From positions 124,001 to 188,000 of the IMG/VR virus record IMGVR_UViG_3300046536_000256: a stretch of 64,000 nt of DNA, one strand, 5' to 3'. The notes under the pieces are model-generated. The model saw only the letters and a list, made by a program, of their open reading frames with translations. It had not been told where the DNA came from and made no database searches. A program made the translations under genes and the position numbers. This document shows positions 37,125 through 46,189 of the stretch, piece by piece. Positions within the stretch are counted from its first letter, which is position 1, and every line of letters starts with the position of its first letter.

Positions 37125-39293
37125 ATGACCATCTTTAACAAAATTGTTCCGGGGAAAGTCAACAACCGGGGGATTAAGGATAACTCCATCCCCGACTATG
37201 CTGTTGCCTATCCTGTTTACCCGCTGCATGCGCCGGTCATCTCTCTCGTCACTCCGAAAGGTGAACTGGCGTCGGAGAAAGGCACGCAGTGGATCTCCAC
37301 CAGCGACTTCCCCGCCATGTTCGGCGACGTGATGGATTACAAGACTCCGTTCTACAACCCGACCTCTTTGCTGATCCAGCAATTGGCCCGTGGCGGTCAG
37401 TCGGTAATCGGTGTCCGTCGTCTGTCGGCGAACAACGAGATTGCGCGGGTCGCGCTTTCTGCTTTCGTTCAGCAAGTTGATGTCCAGGATTACGAGCGTG
37501 ACCTGTCGGGTCAGTTCAAGCGTGACGCGGCCGGTCTGAAAATCCCAACCGTGGGCAAGACCTACCCAGGTCTGAAAGTCGTGATTCGTCCCGACGACCA
37601 AGCCAAGACTAAAGGCTACGGCAAGTTGGAACACCGCGTTATCCCGGGTACCCCTGCTGTTGGTGAAACGCCAGCTGTTCCGGAAACCCTGGTTTACCCA
37701 CTGTTCGAACTGGCAGCTGGTGTGGGCGATGCTTACAACGCCGGCGGCGTCAACATGGGTGTGTCCAGCACTACCCTGAACTGGAAATCCATCTCGGCCT
37801 TCGTGAAAGCGACCGGTGTGTTCCCGTTCGACATGCGCATGTTCACTGATTCGGACGCAGGTGTCCGCACCTTCGCCAAAACCATCGAGAAGAAAGAAAC
37901 AGCTAGCTTCACGCTGTTCCCGACTGAAGCCGGTGGTGATCAGTACAGCGTTACTCGCGCTGTCGGTGCGTTCACTGGCACCAACGTCAACCGCAAGATC
38001 ATTCCGATTCCTCAGCCGTTCAAAGACGCTCACGTCTACGACGAAGACATCGACACGCTTTGCCAACTGATGTACATGGTTGAGAAAGACGTGAACGACA
38101 GCCTGGTTGAAGTGGGTGCTCGTCCGTACCAGCAGATGAACCCGTTCACCGCGACCAACCACGTTGGCGCTCCGTACTTCGCGATCCAAACCGACGACTC
38201 TACCCTCTGGGACATGAGCGGTGCGGTGAAGGCGCAGTTCGGTGTGAACCCGTTCTACCTGGCCAACGGCGACATTCCGACTGGTGTTACCCCGGTGACT
38301 GTTAACGACCCATTCGGTCTGTTGGCTGACACCAAGTTCCCGATGACCAATGGTCAGGCATGGGAAGTCACCAACCAGCTGATGGTTGCGGACCTGACGA
38401 CTTACGTCAACGGCGCCGAGATCAAGAACTACACCCGTAACCGCCAGTCGGTTTTCTGGGACGTGGGCTACAGCAAAGCAGTTAAGGACGTCGCTGAGCA
38501 ACTGCTCGGTCAGCGTAAAGACGTCTACTTCTTCGGCGATGCAACTGTCTGGGAACCAGGCGTGCCGAACCAGCTGGGCGACATCTACTCCCGCATGGCA
38601 TCCATGGTGGCTTCGCTGCGCCTGACGCCGGAATCGGAACAGTGGGGTACTCCAACCGTACGTGCGTCGATCAACCTGATCGAAGCCAAGCTGATCAACG
38701 AAGTGACCGGCGGCTACTTCTCCGGTAACCTCGACCTGGCGTACGCGTTCGCTCTGTTCGCCGGTAACAACAGCGGCATCATCACGGCTTCGGCGTCCCC
38801 GGACCATGGCGACAACCGCATCCTGCGCACCATGCACTCTCCGAACATCGAGTTCGAAGAAGACGACGTGGCGAACGACAACTTCGAAAACGGCGGCATC
38901 ACTCTGCGCCCTTACGACGTTGAGCAGCTGTATCGTCCGTGCGTCGTAACCGTGTACAACAACGTTGACTCCGTGTTGAAAGATGCGGTAACTGCGTTCC
39001 TGTGCATCTGCATGGAGAAGATCCTCCAGGACGAGTGGAACACCGTTTGTGGTGACACCTCGATCTCCGCTGCGAACTACGCTGCGCTGGTCAAAGATGG
39101 TGCCGAGCGTAAGTGCCGCGACCGCCTTGGCGGGCTGGTGAAGAACATCACTGTACAAACTTCCTACGACGAAACCCGTCCTGGCGGTCGTGCTGTGATG
39201 AACGCTGTCGTGAACGGCTACTTCAACAAGGGCAAGTACATGATGAACCTGGACCTGTTCGCCTACAACGAACAAGATCTGCCCACCGCTTAA
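37125..39293 (+). CDS. Contractile tail sheath protein (phiKZ gp29-like)
   Basis: 722 aa with high-expression codon bias; N-terminal GIKDNS and FWDVGY motifs as in phiKZ-type sheaths; followed by a tube-sized gene. Confidence 0.85.
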   Translation: MTIFNKIVPGKVNNRGIKDNSIPDYAVAYPVYPLHAPVISLVTPKGELASEKGTQWISTSDFPAMFGDVMDYKTPFYNPTSLLIQQLARGGQSVIGVRRLSANNEIARVALSAFVQQVDVQDYERDLSGQFKRDAAGLKIPTVGKTYPGLKVVIRPDDQAKTKGYGKLEHRVIPGTPAVGETPAVPETLVYPLFELAAGVGDAYNAGGVNMGVSSTTLNWKSISAFVKATGVFPFDMRMFTDSDAGVRTFAKTIEKKETASFTLFPTEAGGDQYSVTRAVGAFTGTNVNRKIIPIPQPFKDAHVYDEDIDTLCQLMYMVEKDVNDSLVEVGARPYQQMNPFTATNHVGAPYFAIQTDDSTLWDMSGAVKAQFGVNPFYLANGDIPTGVTPVTVNDPFGLLADTKFPMTNGQAWEVTNQLMVADLTTYVNGAEIKNYTRNRQSVFWDVGYSKAVKDVAEQLLGQRKDVYFFGDATVWEPGVPNQLGDIYSRMASMVASLRLTPESEQWGTPTVRASINLIEAKLINEVTGGYFSGNLDLAYAFALFAGNNSGIITASASPDHGDNRILRTMHSPNIEFEEDDVANDNFENGGITLRPYDVEQLYRPCVVTVYNNVDSVLKDAVTAFLCICMEKILQDEWNTVCGDTSISAANYAALVKDGAERKCRDRLGGLVKNITVQTSYDETRPGGRAVMNAVVNGYFNKGKYMMNLDLFAYNEQDLPTA

Positions 39294-39304
39294 GGAGTTA
39301 ATTC

Positions 39305-40213
39305 ATGGCTACTACGAACTATCCGCATCGTGATGCGGACACGCTGCTTCCCCAGAGCGATGCCTTTGTCCAGGCGCTGGACCTGTCGAAACGTCCCGTC
39401 ATCAACGCCGAATCTGGCGGTATGTACGGTTGGGCTGGCAACGTCTTCGAGTACATCAGTGCTCAGCCCCACGTTTCGCAACAAAGCTGGTGCATCCTGC
39501 TCAGCACCCCGGCCATGTTCTCCCGCCTCCCAGGTGGTGATCGTCTGCATGCTCTGTGCAAGGCGTTCTTCGAGAACCGCTCGCAGTCCTTCGAAGGTCT
39601 GCAAGATCGTACCGAACACGCCTTCGGGCGTATGGAATGGACTGGCCACGTCATGTCCATCCCTACCGGTGCGACCCGTACCCTGGGTAGCGTGACTCAC
39701 ACCGTGATCGACGTTGAAGGTGAATCTTTCACCAAGATGCTGAAGATCTGGGGTCAGTGGGGTGTGATGGATCCGGAGATCATGAACGCCAAGTTGGTGA
39801 TTCTGTCGGATCCGGGCGACATGCTGCTGGACGAAGTATCGGCTGCGGCTTGCTACTTCGAACCAACCCGCAACATGCGCGACATCGCTCACGCCGCGAT
39901 CTGCGTAGGTATGATGCCTAACGGTACCGTACCGATCGAGCTGAAGCGTAACAAAGCGGAAGAGAACACCATCCGTACCATTCAGATGGAGTTCACCGGT
40001 GTTGTTGAATTCGACACCTTGGCTGTGAAGCAAATCGCTCGCGAAATGCTGGCACTGCTGCCGCTGTACAACCCTGATGCAATCGATGCGCCGGAAGGCT
40101 TCAAGTCCCGCACTTCGACTCTGGAAGGTCTGACCAACGCTGGTACCATCGAGCGTATGACCACTCAGAAGGCCACTGTGGCCAACACTGCTACCGGCCA
40201 GTACATGGGCTAA
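39305..40213 (+). CDS. Tail tube protein (phiKZ gp30-like)
   Basis: 302 aa directly after the sheath gene, AAGGAG SD, C-terminal IQMEFTG. Confidence 0.8.
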   Translation: MATTNYPHRDADTLLPQSDAFVQALDLSKRPVINAESGGMYGWAGNVFEYISAQPHVSQQSWCILLSTPAMFSRLPGGDRLHALCKAFFENRSQSFEGLQDRTEHAFGRMEWTGHVMSIPTGATRTLGSVTHTVIDVEGESFTKMLKIWGQWGVMDPEIMNAKLVILSDPGDMLLDEVSAAACYFEPTRNMRDIAHAAICVGMMPNGTVPIELKRNKAEENTIRTIQMEFTGVVEFDTLAVKQIAREMLALLPLYNPDAIDAPEGFKSRTSTLEGLTNAGTIERMTTQKATVANTATGQYMG

Positions 40214-40231
40214 GTAACAGGCACAAATATT

Positions 40232-40272
40232 CCCCTTACCCCACACTCCTTTTGGAAGTGTGGGGTAAGGGG
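40232..40272. terminator. Bidirectional terminator
   Basis: CCCCTTACCCCACAC...GTGTGGGGTAAGGGG between convergent genes. Confidence 0.8.
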
Positions 40273-40296
40273 GTATTTCGCCGCTTGGGTAAAGCG

Positions 40297-40734
40297 TTAG
40301 GTCCGTTTAGGGTCTCTACGGTCTTCAGTGAACAACACCCCGCGAATGCACGTAAGCGCGTAGTTGTTCTTCAGCACCACCTGCCTGAATACTTCCAGGT
40401 CTTTTGAGTGGGACTTATTTTTGCCTTCAGTCGGGTTAGCCCGCATGATAAAGCGATAAACTTGTTGGTCAGTGTACCAGCCTGGGAAGACGATCTCCCA
40501 CCCATCTGCTTTGCGCAGTATGTTGGGATACTCCAGACTCCAATCCCTGGTAATTCTGACACAACCGGCGTAGATCCCCAACGTGTAGGTGAAGACCATG
40601 CCGTTAGAAGTCCTTTCGACGAGGTAAGAGAACCCTCGACTTTCCATAACCCGTTGGATGATCAGAATGGTTAGCACACCGTAGATAATCACGAGCGCCA
40701 TGTTCATTGCGATATCGTACGTGGTATTGGACAT
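40297..40734 (-). CDS. Hypothetical membrane-anchored protein
   Basis: 145 aa, AGGAGG SD, N-terminal hydrophobic helix MALVIIYGVLTILII. Confidence 0.72.
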   Translation of the reverse strand: MSNTTYDIAMNMALVIIYGVLTILIIQRVMESRGFSYLVERTSNGMVFTYTLGIYAGCVRITRDWSLEYPNILRKADGWEIVFPGWYTDQQVYRFIMRANPTEGKNKSHSKDLEVFRQVVLKNNYALTCIRGVLFTEDRRDPKRT

Positions 40735-40743
40735 ATGGGCCTC

Positions 40744-41484
40744 CTAAGCGAATATGTGCTTAGCGTTTTGGTGGATTAGGTTTCGGATGAGTTCTTGGTT
40801 TTCGGCGATTACGTTGAACTTATGAATTTCCTCTCGATAGACCTCCTTGGCACCCGAGGACACTGCATTCCAAATAGTGCCCTTGTATCCATATCTTGCG
40901 GTGAATTTTTCCGCCAACGCTCCTACCCATTCTTCAATGTTGATGGGCTCATCATTATCAACGGCGCTTGGGTCTTTGTTTGCTTTAACAAAGACGGTTA
41001 CCAGCTTGGCTGGATTGGGGTACACCACGTCTGTTAAGGTTCTGACGTTGTGTACGAGTATGGTAATGCGGGTTCGGTCCGACAGCTTCATGCTGTGCGG
41101 ATAGACAGGTCGACAGCTTCGGCTGATAAACCGCTCATCCACCGGATTAAAGAATCCGAGAGCATGTTGCTTAAGGAACGAGTAGGTTAACCCCGGGGAG
41201 ACTTCGTAAGGGAAATCATCCGAGTAAGCATGCCCGGTCTCCATTAGAAAGATGATCGCGTAAGCAATCGCTAACTCGTCTTGGGTCAAGTCTTGCTTGA
41301 TCGAAAGCCGTCGAGTAAGCCGTATAGCATTAATTAAAAAGATGTGGTCATAATCACCTTGCTTGCATTCCCGCAAGTGCTGGAATATGGCGATAATGAA
41401 GTTCATCGGCAAGTAAGGCCCGGTGATAGCCAGTAGTTCCGAGAACGCATTGAAGTCCTTTCGATCGGCACTGGTTATGGGCAT
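40744..41484 (-). CDS. Hypothetical protein, possibly a degenerate HD-domain fold
   Basis: Start reassigned to ATG 41484 (AGGAG SD); AYAIIFLMETG sits where AALLHDIG would be. Confidence 0.68.
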   Translation of the reverse strand: MPITSADRKDFNAFSELLAITGPYLPMNFIIAIFQHLRECKQGDYDHIFLINAIRLTRRLSIKQDLTQDELAIAYAIIFLMETGHAYSDDFPYEVSPGLTYSFLKQHALGFFNPVDERFISRSCRPVYPHSMKLSDRTRITILVHNVRTLTDVVYPNPAKLVTVFVKANKDPSAVDNDEPINIEEWVGALAEKFTARYGYKGTIWNAVSSGAKEVYREEIHKFNVIAENQELIRNLIHQNAKHIFA

Positions 41485-41548
41485 GGTGTATCTCCTACAA
41501 AAAAAAAATAAAAGGAAAAGGGTGTGGGGCGATAACCGCCCCAACCAC

Positions 41549-41998
41549 TTAATCCACAACGGTCATATTTTCGAACAGTTGGTAATCGTCAAACTTCGAC
41601 CGGAGTGACTTTGGGTCACAGGTTTCGTAAGACGTTTCAACGCCGCCCTGCATGATTTGAAAGGAACCAGACTTGGTTCCTTGCTTGTCAGTGTAAGTAA
41701 CGTTGTAGAACTTTTCCCCGTCCGTAACATAAAGCTCACGATTGAGGATGCCTTCTTCACGCGACATCTGTGCAGAGGTGCCTAAGTTGGTGCCACGCTT
41801 CATGATGGTCAACTCGGGCATGTCGATGTTCAGCCCGTACGACAGGATGAAGACATCGGTTGTTGGGTTATGTTCGACCAACACGTGTTTCCCGCTAGGC
41901 AGGTCGCAGGTGAAAATCACTTCATTGCTACCAGCTTGTGCTTGAACACTACCCAGCATCAACGACACCAGTACGAACAGGGCTGTTACATACTTCAT
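41549..41998 (-). CDS. Exported/periplasmic protein
   Basis: Sec signal peptide MKYVTALFVLVSLMLGSVQAQA, two Cys; ATGA-coupled to the upstream gene. Confidence 0.8.
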   Translation of the reverse strand: MKYVTALFVLVSLMLGSVQAQAGSNEVIFTCDLPSGKHVLVEHNPTTDVFILSYGLNIDMPELTIMKRGTNLGTSAQMSREEGILNRELYVTDGEKFYNVTYTDKQGTKSGSFQIMQGGVETSYETCDPKSLRSKFDDYQLFENMTVVD

Positions 41999-42327
41999 GC
42001 TGCTACTCCTAGATTATTAAATTCAATACCAAACTGGAAAGCCTTCTTGTGTTGGAAGAATTCACCAGTCAGTTTCTTAACGGAACCGAAAGTACGTTCA
42101 GACGGGGTGATGTAAACAGCACCAGTCCTCCAGAAACCATCGGGGTCTTGACGTGGGATAACAAAGCCTACAGCCTTGCCACCTTTAACGAACACGTACA
42201 GCTCGTGGAAGTGACGAATCCAAGAACTGACGTCGCCCAACCAACGGTCCTTTTTGGACTCGTCGATCAGCCACTGGTCCGCTTCTTCGCCACGCCTAAT
42301 GAAGCCAACTTCAGTCTTGTATTCCAT
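41995..42327 (-). CDS. Short GNAT-like protein
   Basis: 110 aa, AGGAG SD; YVFVKGGKAVGF...GAVYITPSER resembles GNAT beta2-beta4/motif A. Confidence 0.6.
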   Translation of the reverse strand: MEYKTEVGFIRRGEEADQWLIDESKKDRWLGDVSSWIRHFHELYVFVKGGKAVGFVIPRQDPDGFWRTGAVYITPSERTFGSVKKLTGEFFQHKKAFQFGIEFNNLGVAA

Positions 42328-42372
42328 TGCGCATCTCCTTGCACGGAAAGATTTGTATTACTTAACTCCCCA

Positions 42373-42389
42373 GTGATATAGGCCTGAGA
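42373..42389 (-). promoter_or_regulatory. Early promoter motif TCTCAGGCCTATATCAC
   Basis: Copy of the repeated motif between a terminator and the next start. Confidence 0.7.
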
Positions 42390-42432
42390 TCGAATGTAAG
42401 TTAAATTTGTGGAAACAAATAAAGCGCTGTGA

Positions 42433-42465
42433 ATAACCTCCTACCCGTAATGGGTAGGAGGTTAT
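42433..42465 (-). terminator. Terminator
   Basis: Perfect 14-bp stem ATAACCTCCTACCC-GTAAT-GGGTAGGAGGTTAT. Confidence 0.8.
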
Positions 42466-42478
42466 ATGCTTTATCTGA

Positions 42479-43090
42479 TTAGCCCATGTGAGGCTGAGGT
42501 TTGAAACCAGTCAGGTTAGCGTACATGCGCCCTTCGTGTTCTTCCACCACGGAGTTCTCGCTGTAGCGGAAAGGACCGCGGTGTGCGTGGCCAAACAGCT
42601 CAGCTTCTTCAGCCCGTTCCAGGGTACGAGTTTTCACTCGACGATGGACAGCCATCACACGTTCCAATTTGTCCATGTGGTGACCGATGTTTTCCGAGAT
42701 GTTGTGCTGGTTGACCACGCGGGTAAGGATCTCCAGCGTGATCAGATCGCCGATCATGGCACCGATGAAGAAGTCCAGAGACTCCGGCGCATGCACATCG
42801 AGGGCGAATGGACCATGGCCCAGTGCATTCGTTTCGCACATTGCCACAACACCTACACGGGTGCCGACCATGATGATGCGCCGCCCGTCTTCAGTTTGCG
42901 ACTTGCCCACTTCGCCAATCGCCAGCGGGTGATGGATGATAGCGAAGATGTATTTTTCACCTTCATCTTCCACTACCCAATCTTCACTGAATGGAGTGAA
43001 GTCCAGGATCTTGGTCAGGGTGTTAGTGAACGCATCTTCCAGCGCTTGTTCGTTTGCAGCAGCTTGTTGTACAGCGGTCAAATCGTTCAT
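42479..43090 (-). CDS. Hypothetical early protein
   Basis: 203 aa, AAGGA SD. Confidence 0.78.
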   Translation of the reverse strand: MNDLTAVQQAAANEQALEDAFTNTLTKILDFTPFSEDWVVEDEGEKYIFAIIHHPLAIGEVGKSQTEDGRRIIMVGTRVGVVAMCETNALGHGPFALDVHAPESLDFFIGAMIGDLITLEILTRVVNQHNISENIGHHMDKLERVMAVHRRVKTRTLERAEEAELFGHAHRGPFRYSENSVVEEHEGRMYANLTGFKPQPHMG

Positions 43091-43133
43091 TGTTTCAAAT
43101 CCTTGTACAAGAGTGTAAGAGTGTTAGGGAGGA

Positions 43134-43520
43134 TTAGAACTTTACAACGTTGGTCAGTTGACCACTGGAGAACGGGAAGCCAGCTTGCTCAGTGTTGTAC
43201 TGCGCCACGCCGTCTTCCATTGGAGCCCCGTGTAGTTCGATCACGCCACCCACCGAGTTGATGGACAGGTGAGCTTCACCGGTGCTGTTCAGGTAAACCA
43301 GGTTCAGCGAGAAGTAGCGTGCGTCGATCAACGCAACCGGTGTTTGACGACCGTCTTTCTCCAGAGTACCCATGCCCCACAACTGGATGGTTTTGCAGGC
43401 ACGGTGATCGTCGGCAATCACACCGCCGGCAGCTTGGGCTACCGAGTAGAGGTGAGCGTTGGCTACGGTCAGGGTAGGAGTGGTAGCAGCGGAAACAACA
43501 ACAGCGTTAGAAGTAGTCAT
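43134..43520 (-). CDS. Hypothetical early protein
   Basis: 128 aa, AAGGA SD, first gene behind the promoter motif. Confidence 0.78.
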   Translation of the reverse strand: MTTSNAVVVSAATTPTLTVANAHLYSVAQAAGGVIADDHRACKTIQLWGMGTLEKDGRQTPVALIDARYFSLNLVYLNSTGEAHLSINSVGGVIELHGAPMEDGVAQYNTEQAGFPFSSGQLTNVVKF

Positions 43521-43576
43521 GATTCAAGTCCTTGTAGATCAGGGTAGGAAAGTTATTTGTATTACTTACTGAACTG

Positions 43577-43593
43577 GTAATATAGACTTGAAA
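43577..43593 (-). promoter_or_regulatory. Early promoter motif TTTCAAGTCTATATTAC
   Basis: Copy of the repeated motif. Confidence 0.75.
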
Positions 43594-43630
43594 TGAAATG
43601 TATCTTAAAAATAAAAGAATCAAACATAAC

Positions 43631-43664
43631 CTATTCCCCAGCAGCCGAAGCCACTGGGGAATAG
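43631..43664 (-). terminator. Terminator
   Basis: CTATTCCCCAG...CTGGGGAATAG followed by GTTATGTTTG on the minus strand. Confidence 0.75.
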
Positions 43665-43671
43665 TTACGGG

Positions 43672-43845
43672 TTACTTGTTTGGAACTTTCAAGTTTACAC
43701 CGAACTCGAAATGCTTGGGCGGTTCATTCGGTTTGATGATGCCCTGAGACTTGCTCAGGTAAGATGGGCGCTCAGGAGGAACGGTCTCATGGCGACGACC
43801 GAGTCCTTCCAGTAGTTTAGGATCAATAACAACGTCGTTGCTCAT
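43672..43845 (-). CDS. Small hypothetical protein (57 aa, below the ORF-track cutoff)
   Basis: MSNDVVIDPKLLEGLGRRHE...NLKVPNK, AGGAG SD, fills the gap before the terminator. Confidence 0.7.
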   Translation of the reverse strand: MSNDVVIDPKLLEGLGRRHETVPPERPSYLSKSQGIIKPNEPPKHFEFGVNLKVPNK

Positions 43846-43859
43846 GACACTGCTCCTGG

Positions 43860-44471
43860 TTACGGAAACACTTTCTTGCGGAAGTCACTGCCGATCTTCA
43901 ACTCATTAACTTCCCTAACGGCGATTTGACCACCTTCAGGATACAGCATGAGATGAGGAACATTAGCGGCATACTTGTTGTAGCCATACTGGAAGTCATC
44001 ACGTTGGCTGGCGGCGATATAGCAGGAAGCAGTGATCCCGGTGTTTTTACTGATTTGGATTTTCAACCGGGTCCGGGATCGACCTGCTTCGCCAGCCTTT
44101 AACGTCTCGCCGGCAATCAGGTTATTCCACTTCCGCAACAGAGCAGGGTTATCGTCCACCCAATTATGTTCTTCACTGAACTCATCCAACAGCTTGGTCT
44201 TCATCAAGCTTTCGACCACATGGAAACGGATACCGTCTTCCAGTTCATTGACGTCAATGATGTGCTCGTAAATACGGTGACCGGTGTACCAGAAAGGATG
44301 CCCCTTGCTGAATACTTCCGGCAAGATCTTTGAGGGGATCGGATCAAAGAAGAAAGAAATGTGGTCGAGGTAGTCGTCAGATACCTTAACACCCTCCGGA
44401 GCTGGTGACCCAGTCATGCGTCGAGTAAGAAGGACGTCGTACTGGGTGTCGGAATAATGGTACAGTTTCAT
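43860..44471 (-). CDS. Hypothetical protein
   Basis: 203 aa (MKLYHYS..., YAANVPHLMLYP); operonic with tmk. Confidence 0.78.
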   Translation of the reverse strand: MKLYHYSDTQYDVLLTRRMTGSPAPEGVKVSDDYLDHISFFFDPIPSKILPEVFSKGHPFWYTGHRIYEHIIDVNELEDGIRFHVVESLMKTKLLDEFSEEHNWVDDNPALLRKWNNLIAGETLKAGEAGRSRTRLKIQISKNTGITASCYIAASQRDDFQYGYNKYAANVPHLMLYPEGGQIAVREVNELKIGSDFRKKVFP

Positions 44472-44483
44472 GGTGTTCTCGAA

Positions 44484-45140
44484 TTAAGTTGTCGGTCGTG
44501 GGATCATGAGGTTCTTGATCTTCATCAGGGTTGGGAGCATTTGCGCAAACACTTGATCGCGCGGTTGGTTGGCGTCAACTACAACATACGCCTCAGGCTT
44601 TGTCTTGGCTTCGATCAGGTAGGCCTCACGAGCTCGCTCATAGAACGGAAGCCCGAGCTTGTCGTACTTGTTCACCTCATCACGGTCTTCGGCCTGCATG
44701 CGCTGTAGGAAGACCTCAGGAGGACCATCCATTAACAACGTCATATCAGGATACATCCCGATCGCCAATTCGTGGATGCCGCGCAGAGTGTCTTTATCAA
44801 CACCCATGCCCGCACCTTGATAAGCGAGGGTGGTGTCGAAGAAGCGATCGCAAATCACCACCTTACCTTCTTGCAATGCGGGGCGTATCTTCAGAGCAAC
44901 GTGCTGAGCTCGAGCGGCATTGAACAACAACATTGCCGCAACAGGGTCAACATCTTCGTGAATGCCTTCAAAGCCGTGACGCAGACCCAGACGGATGAAC
45001 TCAGCCAGATCCGTTCCACCAGGTTCCCGGGTAACAATGTGCGGTACTTGCGCTTGCTCAAACCAGTGACTGATACGAGTCACTGTTCCGGACTTACCCG
45101 CGCCGTCAATACCGTCAACAACCAGCAACAAACCTTTCAT
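44484..45140 (-). CDS. tmk: Thymidylate kinase
   Basis: P-loop DGIDGAGKS, TREPGGT, ICDRFFDTTLAYQG and PD motif. Confidence 0.95.
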   Translation of the reverse strand: MKGLLLVVDGIDGAGKSGTVTRISHWFEQAQVPHIVTREPGGTDLAEFIRLGLRHGFEGIHEDVDPVAAMLLFNAARAQHVALKIRPALQEGKVVICDRFFDTTLAYQGAGMGVDKDTLRGIHELAIGMYPDMTLLMDGPPEVFLQRMQAEDRDEVNKYDKLGLPFYERAREAYLIEAKTKPEAYVVVDANQPRDQVFAQMLPTLMKIKNLMIPRPTT

Positions 45141-46129
45141 GCACTTTCCCTTATTAGTTTCCGAGTATCTTCTTCTGTCAGCAACTTCGGCATTGCTTGA
45201 GCAGACCTAATAAGATCCTGTACACGGTCGGATATCTCCGACTTAATAGCACTTACGTCTTGCGGGCGAATAAGTGTGCGGCCTTTAGCGAAGAAGGGTG
45301 AAACGCTGCGCAACAAATCGCGCGTGGTAAGAGAGTCTTCCAACCCCACGTCGACAGGAAGAAGACAGCCAGAAACATACCGTCCAATCCAGCTGGATTC
45401 TTCGATAGGGAAAGAATACTCCTTCCGTGTAGGAATGCCCGACTCTTCCCATTCTTCAACCTTGTGGTCGTAAGGAATATGCGTGACGATCCGGGAAGCC
45501 CAGTTGACGTGCCCAGCGCCGTTAGGAATGAGCATCTCCTTCACCTCAGGGATCAGGCTGTTGTAGACCTCTTTCTTCGACATCTCGAAGATCGGTGACC
45601 GGAACGGAACCCCGATGTTGTCAGAGTTACTCAACGGCCCGATGATCTCAGGCAACATGAGCAATGCTCGGTAATCGGCTTCCGTGAAATCAATCTCGTT
45701 AAACGAGGACTCCGCGGCGTCTTGTTTAAGCCAACCGATCCATACCGACGGGATGTTTGTGTCGATGTATTCACGACGAATGGCCATCATCCCCAGCACA
45801 ACAGCGAACTGCTGAGTCACGTCGAAGGTCACCACGGAACGGAACTTGTCTTGACGCGGAACATACGGACACACCGGCATGTGCATGATGTCCTTGATCT
45901 CGCCCTTGAAGCGCCACTGCGCTTTAGGACGGTAATCCTGGTCATCCCGGATCAGTTCTTTGAACACCTCGATAATCCGTTCCATGGCGATGATCTCGCT
46001 CATGCGGGTTTCGAGGTTGTTGTTCACGTTGATCAGGCAAAGGTTGACTTTGAAGCCGCGCTCCAATGCCATCTGTAACAGGTATACCGATTCAACCCCA
46101 CCGCTGAACGCAATATTTACAGTCGTCAT
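45137..46129 (-). CDS. PP-loop (QueC-like adenine nucleotide alpha hydrolase) protein
   Basis: IAFSGGVES PP-loop variant, VWIGW...D and SPIFEMSKKEV; lacks the C-terminal Cys zinc site. Start ATG 46129. Confidence 0.68.
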   Translation of the reverse strand: MTTVNIAFSGGVESVYLLQMALERGFKVNLCLINVNNNLETRMSEIIAMERIIEVFKELIRDDQDYRPKAQWRFKGEIKDIMHMPVCPYVPRQDKFRSVVTFDVTQQFAVVLGMMAIRREYIDTNIPSVWIGWLKQDAAESSFNEIDFTEADYRALLMLPEIIGPLSNSDNIGVPFRSPIFEMSKKEVYNSLIPEVKEMLIPNGAGHVNWASRIVTHIPYDHKVEEWEESGIPTRKEYSFPIEESSWIGRYVSGCLLPVDVGLEDSLTTRDLLRSVSPFFAKGRTLIRPQDVSAIKSEISDRVQDLIRSAQAMPKLLTEEDTRKLIRESA

Positions 46130-46189
46130 GTTTACCCCAATCAAAAATAATCCCCTCCCCACCGAGGCAGGGAGGGAATGGAGCCGCAA

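Noticed and set aside
33811-39275. 782-aa and 732-aa antisense ORFs over the structural genes
   Set aside because: Mirror ORFs in register with the real genes; explained by avoidance of TTA/CTA/TCA codons.
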